In this document: positions 1-9,825 of the stretch, one piece after another
Position numbering within the stretch: position 1 is the first letter of the stretch
Layout: each line of letters begins with the position of its first letter
Source of the DNA: a virus
DNA length: 64,000 bases
Reading direction: 5' to 3' (one strand)
IMG/VR virus record: IMGVR_UViG_3300028734_000012
Span: 64,001-128,000 of that record
Position numbers and translations under genes: made by a program
Notes under the pieces: model-generated
Seen by the model: only the letters and a program-made list of their open reading frames with translations
What the model was told of the DNA's origin: nothing
Database searches by the model: none

Positions 1-489
1 ACATACCTCGAACTCATCATATTTAAATAAGTTATATAAAAGTTCTACTTCTCTATTAAATGAATTATATGCTCTGCATATTCTTCCAAATATATCGTTT
101 CTACTAAATAATACTTTACAATTATCTATGTTAAGATAACAATCTTTTAGTTTGTATTTACCATCAACACAATCAAAATATTTACATAAATATATTTCAC
201 ATAAATATTCAACAGATGGTATCTTCATATTTTTAGTAAATAAAAAATAATATACATATGCTATTTCTGGTGCATGTATATTTTCAAATATAGAATTTTT
301 TGCATCTCTGCCGCCAATGCTTCGATAAAATTTATTATAATTAATTGACTTCATTTCGTTATGTATATTTTCTATATTAACAGAATTTGCTTTACTTAAA
401 ATCTCTACTTTATCATTAGCTATATTTGGATAATAAATAATATCTTTTGTTATTTTAATCTCTAAACCATTGGGTATATATGTAATGGT

Positions 490-666
490 TTATTCAACTC
501 CTTCAATGGTTATCGAAGTCCTACCAGTATCATATGCAGTAAATTGTGATATACTTGAAATCTGATAGATATGTCCATCCACTTCAATCTTAGAATTAAA
601 TCCAAGTTGATGTGTTTCATATTTATCTATAATTTTATTAGCCGCACTAATCATTAACTTTTTCAT
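490..666 (-). CDS. small hypothetical protein (~58 aa, MKKLMISAANK...), not in ORF track
   Basis: Read by eye on the minus strand, with an AGAGG RBS upstream; another open frame follows and runs off the left edge of the window. Confidence 0.5.
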   Translation of the reverse strand: MKKLMISAANKIIDKYETHQLGFNSKIEVDGHIYQISSISQFTAYDTGRTSITIEGVE

Positions 667-685
667 ATAATCCTCTTAACCAATT

Positions 686-928
686 TTATTTTTTATAATT
701 ACCTATAATTACTCCATCAATACATTTGTAATCTATAGCATCATTAATCTCTTTATTTAATCCGTATCTATCCTTATAGATATAATAATAGTTAGAATTA
801 GGATTTTTATATAGCACAATTCCATTCTCGTCTAAAACACGCTTTGACTTTACCGCATGAATTACTATATTATATAAAATATCACAAGATGGATTTGGGT
901 ACTGTATGTCACTAAAATTAATTTTCAT
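686..928 (-). CDS. hypothetical phage protein
   Basis: ORF with RBS in a tightly packed leftward gene string. Confidence 0.6.
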   Translation of the reverse strand: MKINFSDIQYPNPSCDILYNIVIHAVKSKRVLDENGIVLYKNPNSNYYYIYKDRYGLNKEINDAIDYKCIDGVIIGNYKK

Positions 929-960
929 TTATTAGTCCCTTTCAATAATCATATTATAAT

Positions 961-1179
961 TTAACTCATTAAAAATCCTTTTGTTATTTTCATTTTCTCA
1001 AACTTATATCCTAAACATAAGCAACTACTTTTTATAAAAGAAATCCTATCGTTATAACAACTACTAGCAGTTACATTCCATAGACCCGTAATTACATCTT
1101 CTGGTGCATCACTAACATATGTACTTGTGCTATCCCAACCAAGAAAATCATCTACCATAGTAAATGAATAAATATTCAT
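961..1179 (-). CDS. hypothetical phage protein
   Basis: ORF with AAGGGG RBS. Confidence 0.6.
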   Translation of the reverse strand: MNIYSFTMVDDFLGWDSTSTYVSDAPEDVITGLWNVTASSCYNDRISFIKSSCLCLGYKFEKMKITKGFLMS

Positions 1180-1368
1180 ATTTATTTCCCCTTATATTTA
1201 ATTAAATAGTTTGACATCCAATCATATCCCTCACTATCAGAAATTGAATCCCAATCTTTTTCACAAAGTTGATTGCAATTACTACATTCTAAAATTTGAG
1301 TATCATCAATTTTATGTATAATTAATTTACTAAGTTCTAAATCAAAACCACAATATGGGCAGTCAATA

Positions 1369-1665
1369 TTATTTTACCACAACCCATTCAGTCACAGTTT
1401 TTTGTTTTGGAGTTACTTCATATGCTTCGTGAGATTGGTCTTCTAAATAATAACTATAGTCCTCATATCCACATCTTGAATAAGTTATATCAACTTGAAA
1501 ATACTTTCCAGAGGATGGTTGTATGTAAATTACTCCAACGAAAGCCCTATCTTCATTTAATTCTTTATCAAGTTCTTTTACAAATTCCCAAGTTTCTCCA
1601 TTAACAACTAACTTACTCTCATTATGGACTTGTTCGCAATTTTTATTTGTTAAATTAATTATCAT
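1369..1665 (-). CDS. hypothetical phage protein
   Basis: ORF in leftward operon. Confidence 0.65.
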   Translation of the reverse strand: MIINLTNKNCEQVHNESKLVVNGETWEFVKELDKELNEDRAFVGVIYIQPSSGKYFQVDITYSRCGYEDYSYYLEDQSHEAYEVTPKQKTVTEWVVVK

Positions 1666-1667
1666 CC

Positions 1668-1904
1668 TTATTCTTCCTCTTCTAATTTAAACCCATATTT
1701 AAAATCACCCACGACTACGTTACATCCAAAAAGCTCTATACAATATCCCAACTTATCCATTTCTTTAGTTGTTGAAATATGTACACATAAATCTTTGTTT
1801 AATATTTTAGCAGTTTCAGAACCAACAATAACAATTGGAGATTTATTATTATCATCTGAATATTTTGTTATATTGCTTAACATAAATTTATCAAAAGAAT
1901 CCAT
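1668..1904 (-). CDS. hypothetical phage protein
   Basis: ORF in leftward operon. Confidence 0.6.
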   Translation of the reverse strand: MDSFDKFMLSNITKYSDDNNKSPIVIVGSETAKILNKDLCVHISTTKEMDKLGYCIELFGCNVVVGDFKYGFKLEEEE

Positions 1905-2195
1905 TTATTCACACTCACTATTATTTATTTCTTCTACAATAACATAATTACCCTTTAAAAGATATGGAGCAAATAATATTTTTTTTCTTCCATCCAGAGA
2001 CATCATATCTTTTATTTCTGTTCCATCCTCACGACACCATACAAAGATATGGTCAGAATACTTCATACATAAACTAAAATTATTAATTCTACATATTTTA
2101 TTATTATATTCCATTTCTATTGCGGCTTCAAATACCGTCATTATATTATCCCTTTCAACAGGTAATTTCAGTATCTTTATTAAGAGGTGCATCAC
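1905..2195 (-). CDS. hypothetical phage protein (true start probably the internal ATG near 2141)
   Basis: ORF; AAAGGG RBS precedes MTVFEAA. Confidence 0.55.
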   Translation of the reverse strand: MMHLLIKILKLPVERDNIMTVFEAAIEMEYNNKICRINNFSLCMKYSDHIFVWCREDGTEIKDMMSLDGRKKILFAPYLLKGNYVIVEEINNSECE

Positions 2196-2430
2196 TTACC
2201 TTATAAGGTGGCTCAATGCCACGAAAGTTATAAGGTGGGTTATATTTATTAGGAATTGGATATGTACACCCATGAATACTTCCATCTTGAACTCCTGCTT
2301 CATATGCTTTATTTATAATCTCTCTAAATTCTTCTTTAGAAATAGATACCTTACCATTATCTGAAACTGATTCTAAAATTATAATTGGCTTCATATTATA
2401 TATCCTTTCTAAAAGTGAATTTATCCCCAA
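2155..2430 (-). CDS. hypothetical phage protein (true start probably near 2394)
   Basis: ORF; GAAAGGA RBS precedes MKPIIIL. Confidence 0.55.
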   Translation of the reverse strand: MGINSLLERIYNMKPIIILESVSDNGKVSISKEEFREIINKAYEAGVQDGSIHGCTYPIPNKYNPPYNFRGIEPPYKVSDAPLNKDTEITC

Positions 2431-2809
2431 ATTGTTCGCGTAATTTTTCTAAAAATGCTTGATAATCTTTATCGCTTAACTTAATATTTGGAATTTCTTT
2501 TTTTAAACAACCTTGATTTTCACATAACATCTTAATATCATTTTCTAATTGTCTAATCTTTTCATTTAAGACTTTAATTGCTTCTTCATTTGTTTCTCTT
2601 TTACTTTTATCAATAGAAAGCAAATCCTCTATAAAGCCCTCGAGCGCGTTTTCATGTTTTTTCATACTTACTACTCTACCTTGTAAATCATCAATTATCT
2701 CTACTAATTCATTATTGTTGCTTATTACTTGTTGCAATAAATAACTATCTCCATCATACCGCCCACTACTTATTTTACTAATATTGTGCATTAATATTCT
2801 CCTTATCAT
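2396..2809 (-). CDS. hypothetical coiled-coil protein
   Basis: ORF with heptad-like E/K/L-rich sequence. Confidence 0.6.
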   Translation of the reverse strand: MIRRILMHNISKISSGRYDGDSYLLQQVISNNNELVEIIDDLQGRVVSMKKHENALEGFIEDLLSIDKSKRETNEEAIKVLNEKIRQLENDIKMLCENQGCLKKEIPNIKLSDKDYQAFLEKLREQFGDKFTFRKDI

Positions 2810-2821
2810 TCTAAAAATTAT

Positions 2822-3169
2822 TTACTTCATCTTTTGACCGCAAGACCTACAAAACTTATCATCTTTACTTACTCTACTATCACATCTTGGACACCAATAA
2901 TAATTTCTTCCTTCGATTGGTTCTAATCTAACATGTTTTACATCGTTTATTGAATTACCTTTATATACTAGACCACTTGCTGTGCTTATTCTGAACTGAC
3001 CGCTTTCAAAATCCATACCTATATCAACACCTATAACTCCAATCGATGCCCTAGCGCCTACGGATGGCTCTGCAAGGTTAACTAAAACGGGAATATCCTC
3101 TGGACTTTGATAAGTTCTTAAATGCTGTATTTCAAAATCTACTGAATGTTTTAACTCTAAAAGATTCAC
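2822..3169 (-). CDS. hypothetical protein with C-terminal zinc ribbon
   Basis: CPRC...CRSC at the C-terminus; AAGGAG RBS; directly downstream of the promoter at 3223-3251. Confidence 0.7.
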   Translation of the reverse strand: MNLLELKHSVDFEIQHLRTYQSPEDIPVLVNLAEPSVGARASIGVIGVDIGMDFESGQFRISTASGLVYKGNSINDVKHVRLEPIEGRNYYWCPRCDSRVSKDDKFCRSCGQKMK

Positions 3170-3222
3170 TTTAACATTCTCCTTTATTTATTATATATTA
3201 AAATACTTTACTTCCTATATAT

Positions 3223-3251
3223 ATTATAGTATAATCCATGATGTTTGTCAA
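3223..3251 (-). promoter_or_regulatory. sigma-A-type promoter TTGACA-N17-TATAAT with ATTATACTATAAT palindrome
   Basis: Reverse complement reads TTGACA aacatcatgg ATTATAC TATAAT. Confidence 0.85.
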
Positions 3252-3375
3252 GTAATTAAATAAAATAATTAAAATATATTTTCCCCTATTTCATTTTTAA
3301 TCAAATATTTAAATAAACTATATTTTATATGAATTAAATAAATACTTAAAATTTCTATTATATAAACATTGGATT

Positions 3376-3479
3376 AAAATACAAGTCATTTCATTTTAAC
3401 CTATATATTGCAACTTATGCTATATTATATATGATGATATCAACGTTTTTATACCCTAAAAATACAAGTCATTTCATTT
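3376..3479. repeat. 21-bp direct repeat pair AAAATACAAGTCATTTCATTT (3376-3396, 3459-3479)
   Basis: Exact repeat in an AT-rich intergenic region. Confidence 0.8.
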
Positions 3480-3487
3480 ATTTTTTT

Positions 3488-3528
3488 AATGCTATTTAGT
3501 CCATATCTATACTGGACTAAATAGCATT
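3488..3528. repeat. 16-bp inverted repeat AATGCTATTTAGTCCA-N9-TGGACTAAATAGCATT
   Basis: Perfect inverted repeat downstream of the RepL-like gene. Confidence 0.8.
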
Positions 3529-3576
3529 TTCAATATGTCTATCCCTCTCTTCTCTATACCTCGTAATTTTCGTATT

Positions 3577-4440
3577 TTAAAATTCACCGAGTATCTCTAC
3601 TTTATTCCACTTAGAACCCGCATAAAATACATTTGGATTAATAAACATTTTGTATTCTCTTTTATCTTTATTATTAGAGACAAAACTTATTATATGTTTA
3701 TTTGTGCCAGTATTTATATTACATAAAATTTCATATAATCTATTTGAATTTTCTTTATTATAATGTAATAACTCGCACAAGTCTCCTAGATTTATTTTTT
3801 TAATTTTTTTCAATTCCGTTTCCATTGGGTTAATGCAAAGGATATTATAATCAATATTTATATATGGAACTAGCTTAAATAAATATCCTAATTGTTTATG
3901 AGATTTCACTTCGAATTGTTTATACAATAATCTGATTGTATTTACATACATACGGGTTACGTCGTTATTGTTTATGATAAGTTGGTCTAAATCCCCTTTG
4001 ATAAAATAACTACTATTTAAATAAATCCTTTTCTCTTCTTTTTCAGTCATAATTTCACACTCTATCATTCTCTTGTAGAAAAGTTTATACGTATTCTCTT
4101 TCAATTCTAATATAGAGTTTAAGTTATCCTTATTAATATACTTACCATTATCAAATTTTAGATACCCGTCGTATGAAATGTAAGTAGATATAATAAATAA
4201 TTTAGTTATATCAGACAATTGTAACTCTGGAAATAGTTCTTCTGTATAGTTAAATAAAACCCATATAAAACTCCCCATTCCTTTATTAGAATTTTTAATA
4301 GCTATTGACCTAATATCTTTCTCTTCTTGCTTTAGGCGATAATTTTTATTCCTTTCCAGTTGCTTGTTAGTAATGAATACCCCATCTTCCGCAACTTCGC
4401 CAGTATTCTTGTAAATCATAATTGCTTCTCTGTTACTCAT
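3577..4440 (-). CDS. RepL-like / winged-helix DNA-binding (replication-associated) protein
   Basis: IYLNSSYF and MFINPNVFYAG motifs resemble Firmicute RepL-type proteins; own promoter. Confidence 0.5.
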   Translation of the reverse strand: MSNREAIMIYKNTGEVAEDGVFITNKQLERNKNYRLKQEEKDIRSIAIKNSNKGMGSFIWVLFNYTEELFPELQLSDITKLFIISTYISYDGYLKFDNGKYINKDNLNSILELKENTYKLFYKRMIECEIMTEKEEKRIYLNSSYFIKGDLDQLIINNNDVTRMYVNTIRLLYKQFEVKSHKQLGYLFKLVPYINIDYNILCINPMETELKKIKKINLGDLCELLHYNKENSNRLYEILCNINTGTNKHIISFVSNNKDKREYKMFINPNVFYAGSKWNKVEILGEF

Positions 4441-4490
4441 TTTCCATCTCCTTCAAAATATTATAGATAGTATTTATCTATCTATATAGT

Positions 4491-4519
4491 ATTATAGTAT
4501 AATTATAATCAAAAGTCAA
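4491..4519 (-). promoter_or_regulatory. sigma-A-type promoter (leftward of the divergent pair)
   Basis: Reverse complement reads TTGACT tttgattata ATTATAC TATAAT. Confidence 0.8.
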
Positions 4520-4581
4520 GGGATATAAAATCATTATATATTAATTGTATTTTTATTTATTAATATGTAAAGGAAAATCAC

Positions 4582-4610
4582 TTGACTTTCACCGTGAATT
4601 ATACTATAAT
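4582..4610 (+). promoter_or_regulatory. sigma-A-type promoter (rightward, drives the RNAP operon)
   Basis: TTGACT ttcaccgtga ATTATAC TATAAT. Confidence 0.8.
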
Positions 4611-4692
4611 ATAGTTGTAGGGATGGCTTACAAAATAAATTAGAAAGGAGATGAATTTTGTGTTTTACTTTAAGTAACGCTCAAAAAAATAT

Positions 4693-5157
4693 ATGAACAA
4701 CAAATTAAAAATTTTTATTCAATTTCAAGACAGTAATGATTTAACTAATATTCTAAAACTCAATGAAAATATAAGTGACTTTACTTCTTCTAAATTATTA
4801 TCTAGTAAAATATTAAACAAGTTTGATATTTATTCTTACATAATAGGAGAATCAGAAGCCTATAAGTATTTTATTAAGAAACAATATAGTTGGTTAAAGA
4901 ATACTATATTTACAAGCAAAATAGATGAAGATAACAATATTAATACAGATTTACTAAATTACGAACAACTCAATGTACTAATTACTATAGATAGTAAAAA
5001 TGATTCTAATAAATATACGTTATACGATGATATTATTATAATCGATGGTCAAATTTTAAACGCAACTAATCCGAGAGAAGAAGTAAACAAATATTATTAT
5101 AATAGTTTTAATGAAATCTATCAACATTTAGACTATATGTATTGTTTAGAAAAATAA
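4693..5157 (+). CDS. hypothetical protein
   Basis: 154-aa ORF. Confidence 0.6.
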   Translation: MNNKLKIFIQFQDSNDLTNILKLNENISDFTSSKLLSSKILNKFDIYSYIIGESEAYKYFIKKQYSWLKNTIFTSKIDEDNNINTDLLNYEQLNVLITIDSKNDSNKYTLYDDIIIIDGQILNATNPREEVNKYYYNSFNEIYQHLDYMYCLEK

Positions 5158-5169
5158 GGAGCAACACTA

Positions 5170-5415
5170 ATGCCGTGTGATAAGTTAAATGGATATCCAA
5201 TGTTTCCAGATGGCAGAAAATTTTGTACAGATACTATACCCCAAGGTTTAGAAGCGGGTAATCTATACAACATTGTTTGTAAATGTGATAATAAACCAGA
5301 TGGATGTGTACAACAACTATTTGTATTTACAGATGCCGTAGAAGCTGTTAGAGATAATTTTTGGGGTAAGAGTTGTAAGGCTAATAATATTACAATAACA
5401 GTAAGTAAAATTTAA
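5170..5415 (+). CDS. hypothetical Cys-containing protein
   Basis: ORF with AAGGAG RBS. Confidence 0.6.
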   Translation: MPCDKLNGYPMFPDGRKFCTDTIPQGLEAGNLYNIVCKCDNKPDGCVQQLFVFTDAVEAVRDNFWGKSCKANNITITVSKI

Positions 5416-5433
5416 CAAGGAGTAAATAAAATA

Positions 5434-5625
5434 ATGAAGCATAGCTGTAAAAAATGTTCATCCCGTTGTAATTATTATCCTTATGCTTATGAGGATGTCA
5501 CAAACGAATATATTGATGTAGATGGATTAAAACACCGTGACGGTACGTTACGTTGTAGATATGATAACCATAAGATTACTAAGTTTGTAGTTTGTAAAAA
5601 TTATTTAGATTTTACAAAGGAGTAA
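5434..5625 (+). CDS. small Cys-rich (zinc-binding?) protein
   Basis: CKKC..RC...C...C; AAGGAG RBS. Confidence 0.6.
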   Translation: MKHSCKKCSSRCNYYPYAYEDVTNEYIDVDGLKHRDGTLRCRYDNHKITKFVVCKNYLDFTKE

Positions 5626-5629
5626 AATA

Positions 5630-5818
5630 ATGAAATATATCCATAATCCACAAGTTGATTATGTGCTTAGATTCAAAAATAAAGATTGTTCATATTGGTC
5701 TGAACTAGCATTAATAGATATCAGTAAAATGTTTGAATGTTACAATGGATATAAAGAAAGATATGATTATGTTTATGTAATAAAAAGAACTACTACAGAG
5801 GAATTAATTAAGATGTAA
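5630..5818 (+). CDS. hypothetical protein
   Basis: ORF with AAGGAG RBS. Confidence 0.55.
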   Translation: MKYIHNPQVDYVLRFKNKDCSYWSELALIDISKMFECYNGYKERYDYVYVIKRTTTEELIKM

Positions 5819-5883
5819 CGGTTAATAAGGTAATATAATATAGCAAGGGGCGATGTCATCTGTCAGTAAATAGACAATTCTAT

Positions 5884-8661
5884 GTGATGAAGTTCTTTTC
5901 TTCTAAATTGAAAAGCGATGGATATAATTTAAATATTTCTTTTTCAGAAGCTAAAGAAACAAAAGAAATTGTTGCATTAGCAGATAACCAAATATTAAGA
6001 AGTATCAGAGATATTTGTAAATATCCTGTTGACTTAGAAGATGTTGAAACTTTATATCAGAGAAGAGATATGTTAAAGAAATTATCTGGTAATAATTCTA
6101 AGGAAATACAAGAGTTACAAGACCAAATTAACCACTTAATGTTTATTCCAGAATACATAACCGTTATTATGGAACACCCAAAACATTACGAGCATATATA
6201 TAGAAACGGCATTATAATTAATGGTATAAAATATAAAAGATTAAGCTGTTCAGCAGGACAAGCTAGAATTTCAACAGTAGCATTATGTAGCGAAGAAATT
6301 ATAGATGAACTAAGAGAGAGATTAGATAACGGCAGAGATAAAGCCATTCCTTTAGCGCCAAGTAAGTATAACGCTTATTTTGGACTATCTGGCTCTGCTA
6401 CATTTAAAGTAAGTGAACCTAATTTTATAGTTGTTAAAGATTATAATAATCTCGCTAAATTCATGACAAACTTTGTTACAGAAACAGCATGGGATAAAGA
6501 TGATACGATTGAGCAAAAGGAAATAGAATTAGAGATGAATAGAACTGACGGGTTAGGTCTAATCAGTCCTAGACAGGCTCAAATTTGGGCTAACGATATG
6601 GAACTAGATTATATACCATCACAGTTTATCATTCGTCAAAGCTTTCTTAAAGGCTTACTATGTACATTTGATATCCATGAATTTTGCAAAGAGAAAAACA
6701 ATAATAACTACATCGTAGATACAGTATATAAAGATAGTAGTGGCAATTACATAAAAGCAGACCTTAGAGAATACGATGTTATCATTAGCGAATCTCAATT
6801 CAAACTATGGAATGCATACCCTAATATAGAGACTTATATCGATAACTACCATAAGAATAAATTATTTTGGGGTGTGGCTCAATATTCTCCAAACCAAGCA
6901 AAGGATATATTAAAATTAAATTATCAATTTATACAAACTCTTAATTTAAATGATGAGGATGTAGAAGTATTATCTAAACAATTTGTAGAATGGATAAATG
7001 GTATTACATACAAGAATATACCATACGCACTCTTATTTCTTTTAGGAACTAATAATACTGAATTGAACATTCAAACGTATTTACAAAAAAGTGATACATA
7101 TTGGATTAAAGCTTTAATTCTAAATCCAGAGTTAATACACGATAGATATATTACTTCTAAAATATATAATCTAATTAAGGTTAAAATACAAAATGGATGT
7201 TTAGGAAATGTTATCGTAGATGGTAATTTTCAATATTTAGTTTCAGACCCATATGGATTTATGCAAGCAGTATGTGGTCAAGAAGTCACAGGCTTATTAA
7301 AGGAAGGTGAATTTTACTCTAACTACTGGAATGATAAAGATATTAAACAAGTAGATTCTATGAGAAGCCCACTTACATATAGAAGCGAACATATTATACT
7401 TAATCTTAGAAACGATAAAGAGTTAAAGAAATGGTATAAATATTGTGATTTAGGAATAATCGTAAACTATCATGGTCATGAAGTTTGCAATTGGGGCGGC
7501 GCTGATTTTGATGGAGATATTTGTGCAACAACAAGCAATAAAGTAATGATTAAAGGTGTATTCAAAAATGAACTCACTGTTTCATATGACCCACCAAAAC
7601 CTAATAAGATAGTATTTACAGAAGATGATTTATACTACGCAGACTTGTTCTCATTTGGCTCTATCATCGGTTCTATCACTAATAAAGGCAGTATTGCATA
7701 TACTATGTTGCCAGTAATAGAAGAGGAATATGGTAGGGACAGCGAAGAAGTTAAATTGATTATATCAAGATTACAACAATGTTGTAAAGCACAATCTGCT
7801 CAAATAGATAAGGCAAAGATAGGTAGAGAGGTAAAAGGTATCCCCGATGATTGGATTAAATATAAAGTTCCGTCTATTGATTCAAATGGGGAAGTGTTAA
7901 ATACTGATGAAGAGTTAGATTTAATTCAAATCCATAATCATACTCTACTAACTAAAAAACCTTATTTCTTTAAATATTTGTATGACGATACAAAAAGAAC
8001 ATATAGCAATTATATAAATACTGTAAATATGAACTGTAAAAATAAATTCTTTATGACAACAAATGAATTAGAAAATCTTAAAAGACAAACAATTGAGCAA
8101 AAAGAATTTATAGAAAACTATTATCGTTATATGCCAGTTACTATTAGTGATAGTCCAATGAATGTATTATGTAGATATATTGAATCAATTAACTTTGATA
8201 TAAAAGCTAAGTTAAAAACAGATGGTAACAATAATATATATAAGCTATATTTAAATAATAAATTTGAATTTAATCAAGATTTATACAATAAAGTAATACA
8301 AGTAATTGATGATTCATTAAAATCTGCAAGATACATATGGGCTAGTGCAAAAAATAATAAGAAAGATTATAATAACGAAGAGAAGGAGACTACCCCATAT
8401 CCATTATATGCTGAAATATTAGGTAGTAAACTGAACGAATTAAATAGTAATATATATGAATTAACAAATTATGTTGTAAAATATTTTTATGAGTATAAAC
8501 CGTCATCTAATAAGGATATATTATGGTCTGTATATGGTAAATATATCTATCATAATTTAAAGCAAAAAAATAATAATATTTGTTACTTCCCATTTCCAGA
8601 TGATAATGGAGACATTATTTATTTAGGTAAGAAATATAGTCTAAGAGAGGTGACGTTATGA
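5884..8661 (+). CDS. yonO: YonO-like single-subunit two-barrel RNA polymerase
   Basis: 925 aa; catalytic GADFDGD, SAGQAR, TDGLGLIS, R-S-P and QIDKAK motifs of the YonO / cellular-RdRP-like family; SPbeta-like context. The start may lie slightly upstream. Confidence 0.85.
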   Translation: MMKFFSSKLKSDGYNLNISFSEAKETKEIVALADNQILRSIRDICKYPVDLEDVETLYQRRDMLKKLSGNNSKEIQELQDQINHLMFIPEYITVIMEHPKHYEHIYRNGIIINGIKYKRLSCSAGQARISTVALCSEEIIDELRERLDNGRDKAIPLAPSKYNAYFGLSGSATFKVSEPNFIVVKDYNNLAKFMTNFVTETAWDKDDTIEQKEIELEMNRTDGLGLISPRQAQIWANDMELDYIPSQFIIRQSFLKGLLCTFDIHEFCKEKNNNNYIVDTVYKDSSGNYIKADLREYDVIISESQFKLWNAYPNIETYIDNYHKNKLFWGVAQYSPNQAKDILKLNYQFIQTLNLNDEDVEVLSKQFVEWINGITYKNIPYALLFLLGTNNTELNIQTYLQKSDTYWIKALILNPELIHDRYITSKIYNLIKVKIQNGCLGNVIVDGNFQYLVSDPYGFMQAVCGQEVTGLLKEGEFYSNYWNDKDIKQVDSMRSPLTYRSEHIILNLRNDKELKKWYKYCDLGIIVNYHGHEVCNWGGADFDGDICATTSNKVMIKGVFKNELTVSYDPPKPNKIVFTEDDLYYADLFSFGSIIGSITNKGSIAYTMLPVIEEEYGRDSEEVKLIISRLQQCCKAQSAQIDKAKIGREVKGIPDDWIKYKVPSIDSNGEVLNTDEELDLIQIHNHTLLTKKPYFFKYLYDDTKRTYSNYINTVNMNCKNKFFMTTNELENLKRQTIEQKEFIENYYRYMPVTISDSPMNVLCRYIESINFDIKAKLKTDGNNNIYKLYLNNKFEFNQDLYNKVIQVIDDSLKSARYIWASAKNNKKDYNNEEKETTPYPLYAEILGSKLNELNSNIYELTNYVVKYFYEYKPSSNKDILWSVYGKYIYHNLKQKNNNICYFPFPDDNGDIIYLGKKYSLREVTL

Positions 8662-9452
8662 TTGATATAAACCATCAAACAGAATATACTAAATATGTAT
8701 TAGAAAATGGATTTCAAAGTGATAATATTCTTATGGAATTAAAATTACTTGCTGTTTATATGAGGGATGTATTATTATACAAGCCGAAGAAACGCAAAGA
8801 AGAATTAATCAGATTTTGTAGAGAGAATTATAACGATTTTAAAGAACGCAGAGATTATTGGTTAATTAAAAAGTCACTAGGATATTCTACTAACAAAAAA
8901 AACAAATTGATTGACTTCTATGATATTAATTTATATAACAATGAAATGAAATTTATTTCTGGTCAAAATATATCAGATGATGCAAAAAGATTGTTGACGA
9001 CTTTATTAATTGAACATAAGAAAAGTGAATATCGATATAGTATCTTTCATGATGATAAATATATGTCTAACTTGTGCGGTGGTAATTCTACTAAGTATAG
9101 TTATTATAAAAAGATTAGCCATATATCAAATTCACAAGATATAAATTATCTAATTGGAGATATTGGTAATGATATTACTTTGATTGATAAAGATGCTACA
9201 CACGGATTATTCAAGATAACATTTATAAATCAAATTGTAGAACATGATACTCTATGGATGAATGTCACTGACTTTGAAAATTTAGGTTGGTATTATGATT
9301 TATACATAGATAATAAAAAAGTTGGTATTTGTAAGCAATGTGAAAAGTTATTTAAACAAACTGGTAAATATCAATTGTATTGTAAAGAATGTGCTGTTAA
9401 TATAGATAGGATTAAAGCAAGAGAAAGAATGCAAAATCTTAGAAATAAATAA
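8658..9452 (+). CDS. conserved RNAP-adjacent protein with C-terminal Zn finger
   Basis: Overlaps the RNAP stop codon (ATGA); CKQC...YCKEC. Confidence 0.65.
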   Translation: MIDINHQTEYTKYVLENGFQSDNILMELKLLAVYMRDVLLYKPKKRKEELIRFCRENYNDFKERRDYWLIKKSLGYSTNKKNKLIDFYDINLYNNEMKFISGQNISDDAKRLLTTLLIEHKKSEYRYSIFHDDKYMSNLCGGNSTKYSYYKKISHISNSQDINYLIGDIGNDITLIDKDATHGLFKITFINQIVEHDTLWMNVTDFENLGWYYDLYIDNKKVGICKQCEKLFKQTGKYQLYCKECAVNIDRIKARERMQNLRNK

Positions 9453-9546
9453 TATGTTCGATTCTTAAACTTACATAAAACCTATATTATGATTGAAAAA
9501 TTAGGTGTTGAAATTCTACCAATTACATGATAGAGAAGGGTAAATA

Positions 9547-9580
9547 AAATCGAGTGACTTAATCGTTACTCGATTTTTCT
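9547..9580 (+). terminator. probable intrinsic terminator
   Basis: AAATCGAGTGAC-loop-GTTACTCGATTT followed by T residues. Confidence 0.6.
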
Positions 9581-9616
9581 TTGTCAAAAATAAATTATAA
9601 AAGGATTGAATACTAA

Positions 9617-9793
9617 TTGAAGTATGTCACTAAAAGCGAGTTTGAGTTGCTACAAAAGGCAGGATTATTAATAGCGGATAAAAACAATAAAAATTTTAAT
9701 ATTACTAGCCAGAAAAAGAAAGCCCCTAGAGGGAAACACTATGTCGAGGAAACTAAAAAGATAATGGAGTTCCTAAAAAATCTTAATAAGTAA
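9617..9793 (+). CDS. small basic hypothetical protein (58 aa, TTG start), not in ORF track
   Basis: AAAGGA RBS; open frame LKYVTKSEFELLQKAG... Confidence 0.55.
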   Translation: MKYVTKSEFELLQKAGLLIADKNNKNFNITSQKKKAPRGKHYVEETKKIMEFLKNLNK

Positions 9794-9825
9794 AAGAAAA
9801 TAAATTATAAAAGGATGATAATATT

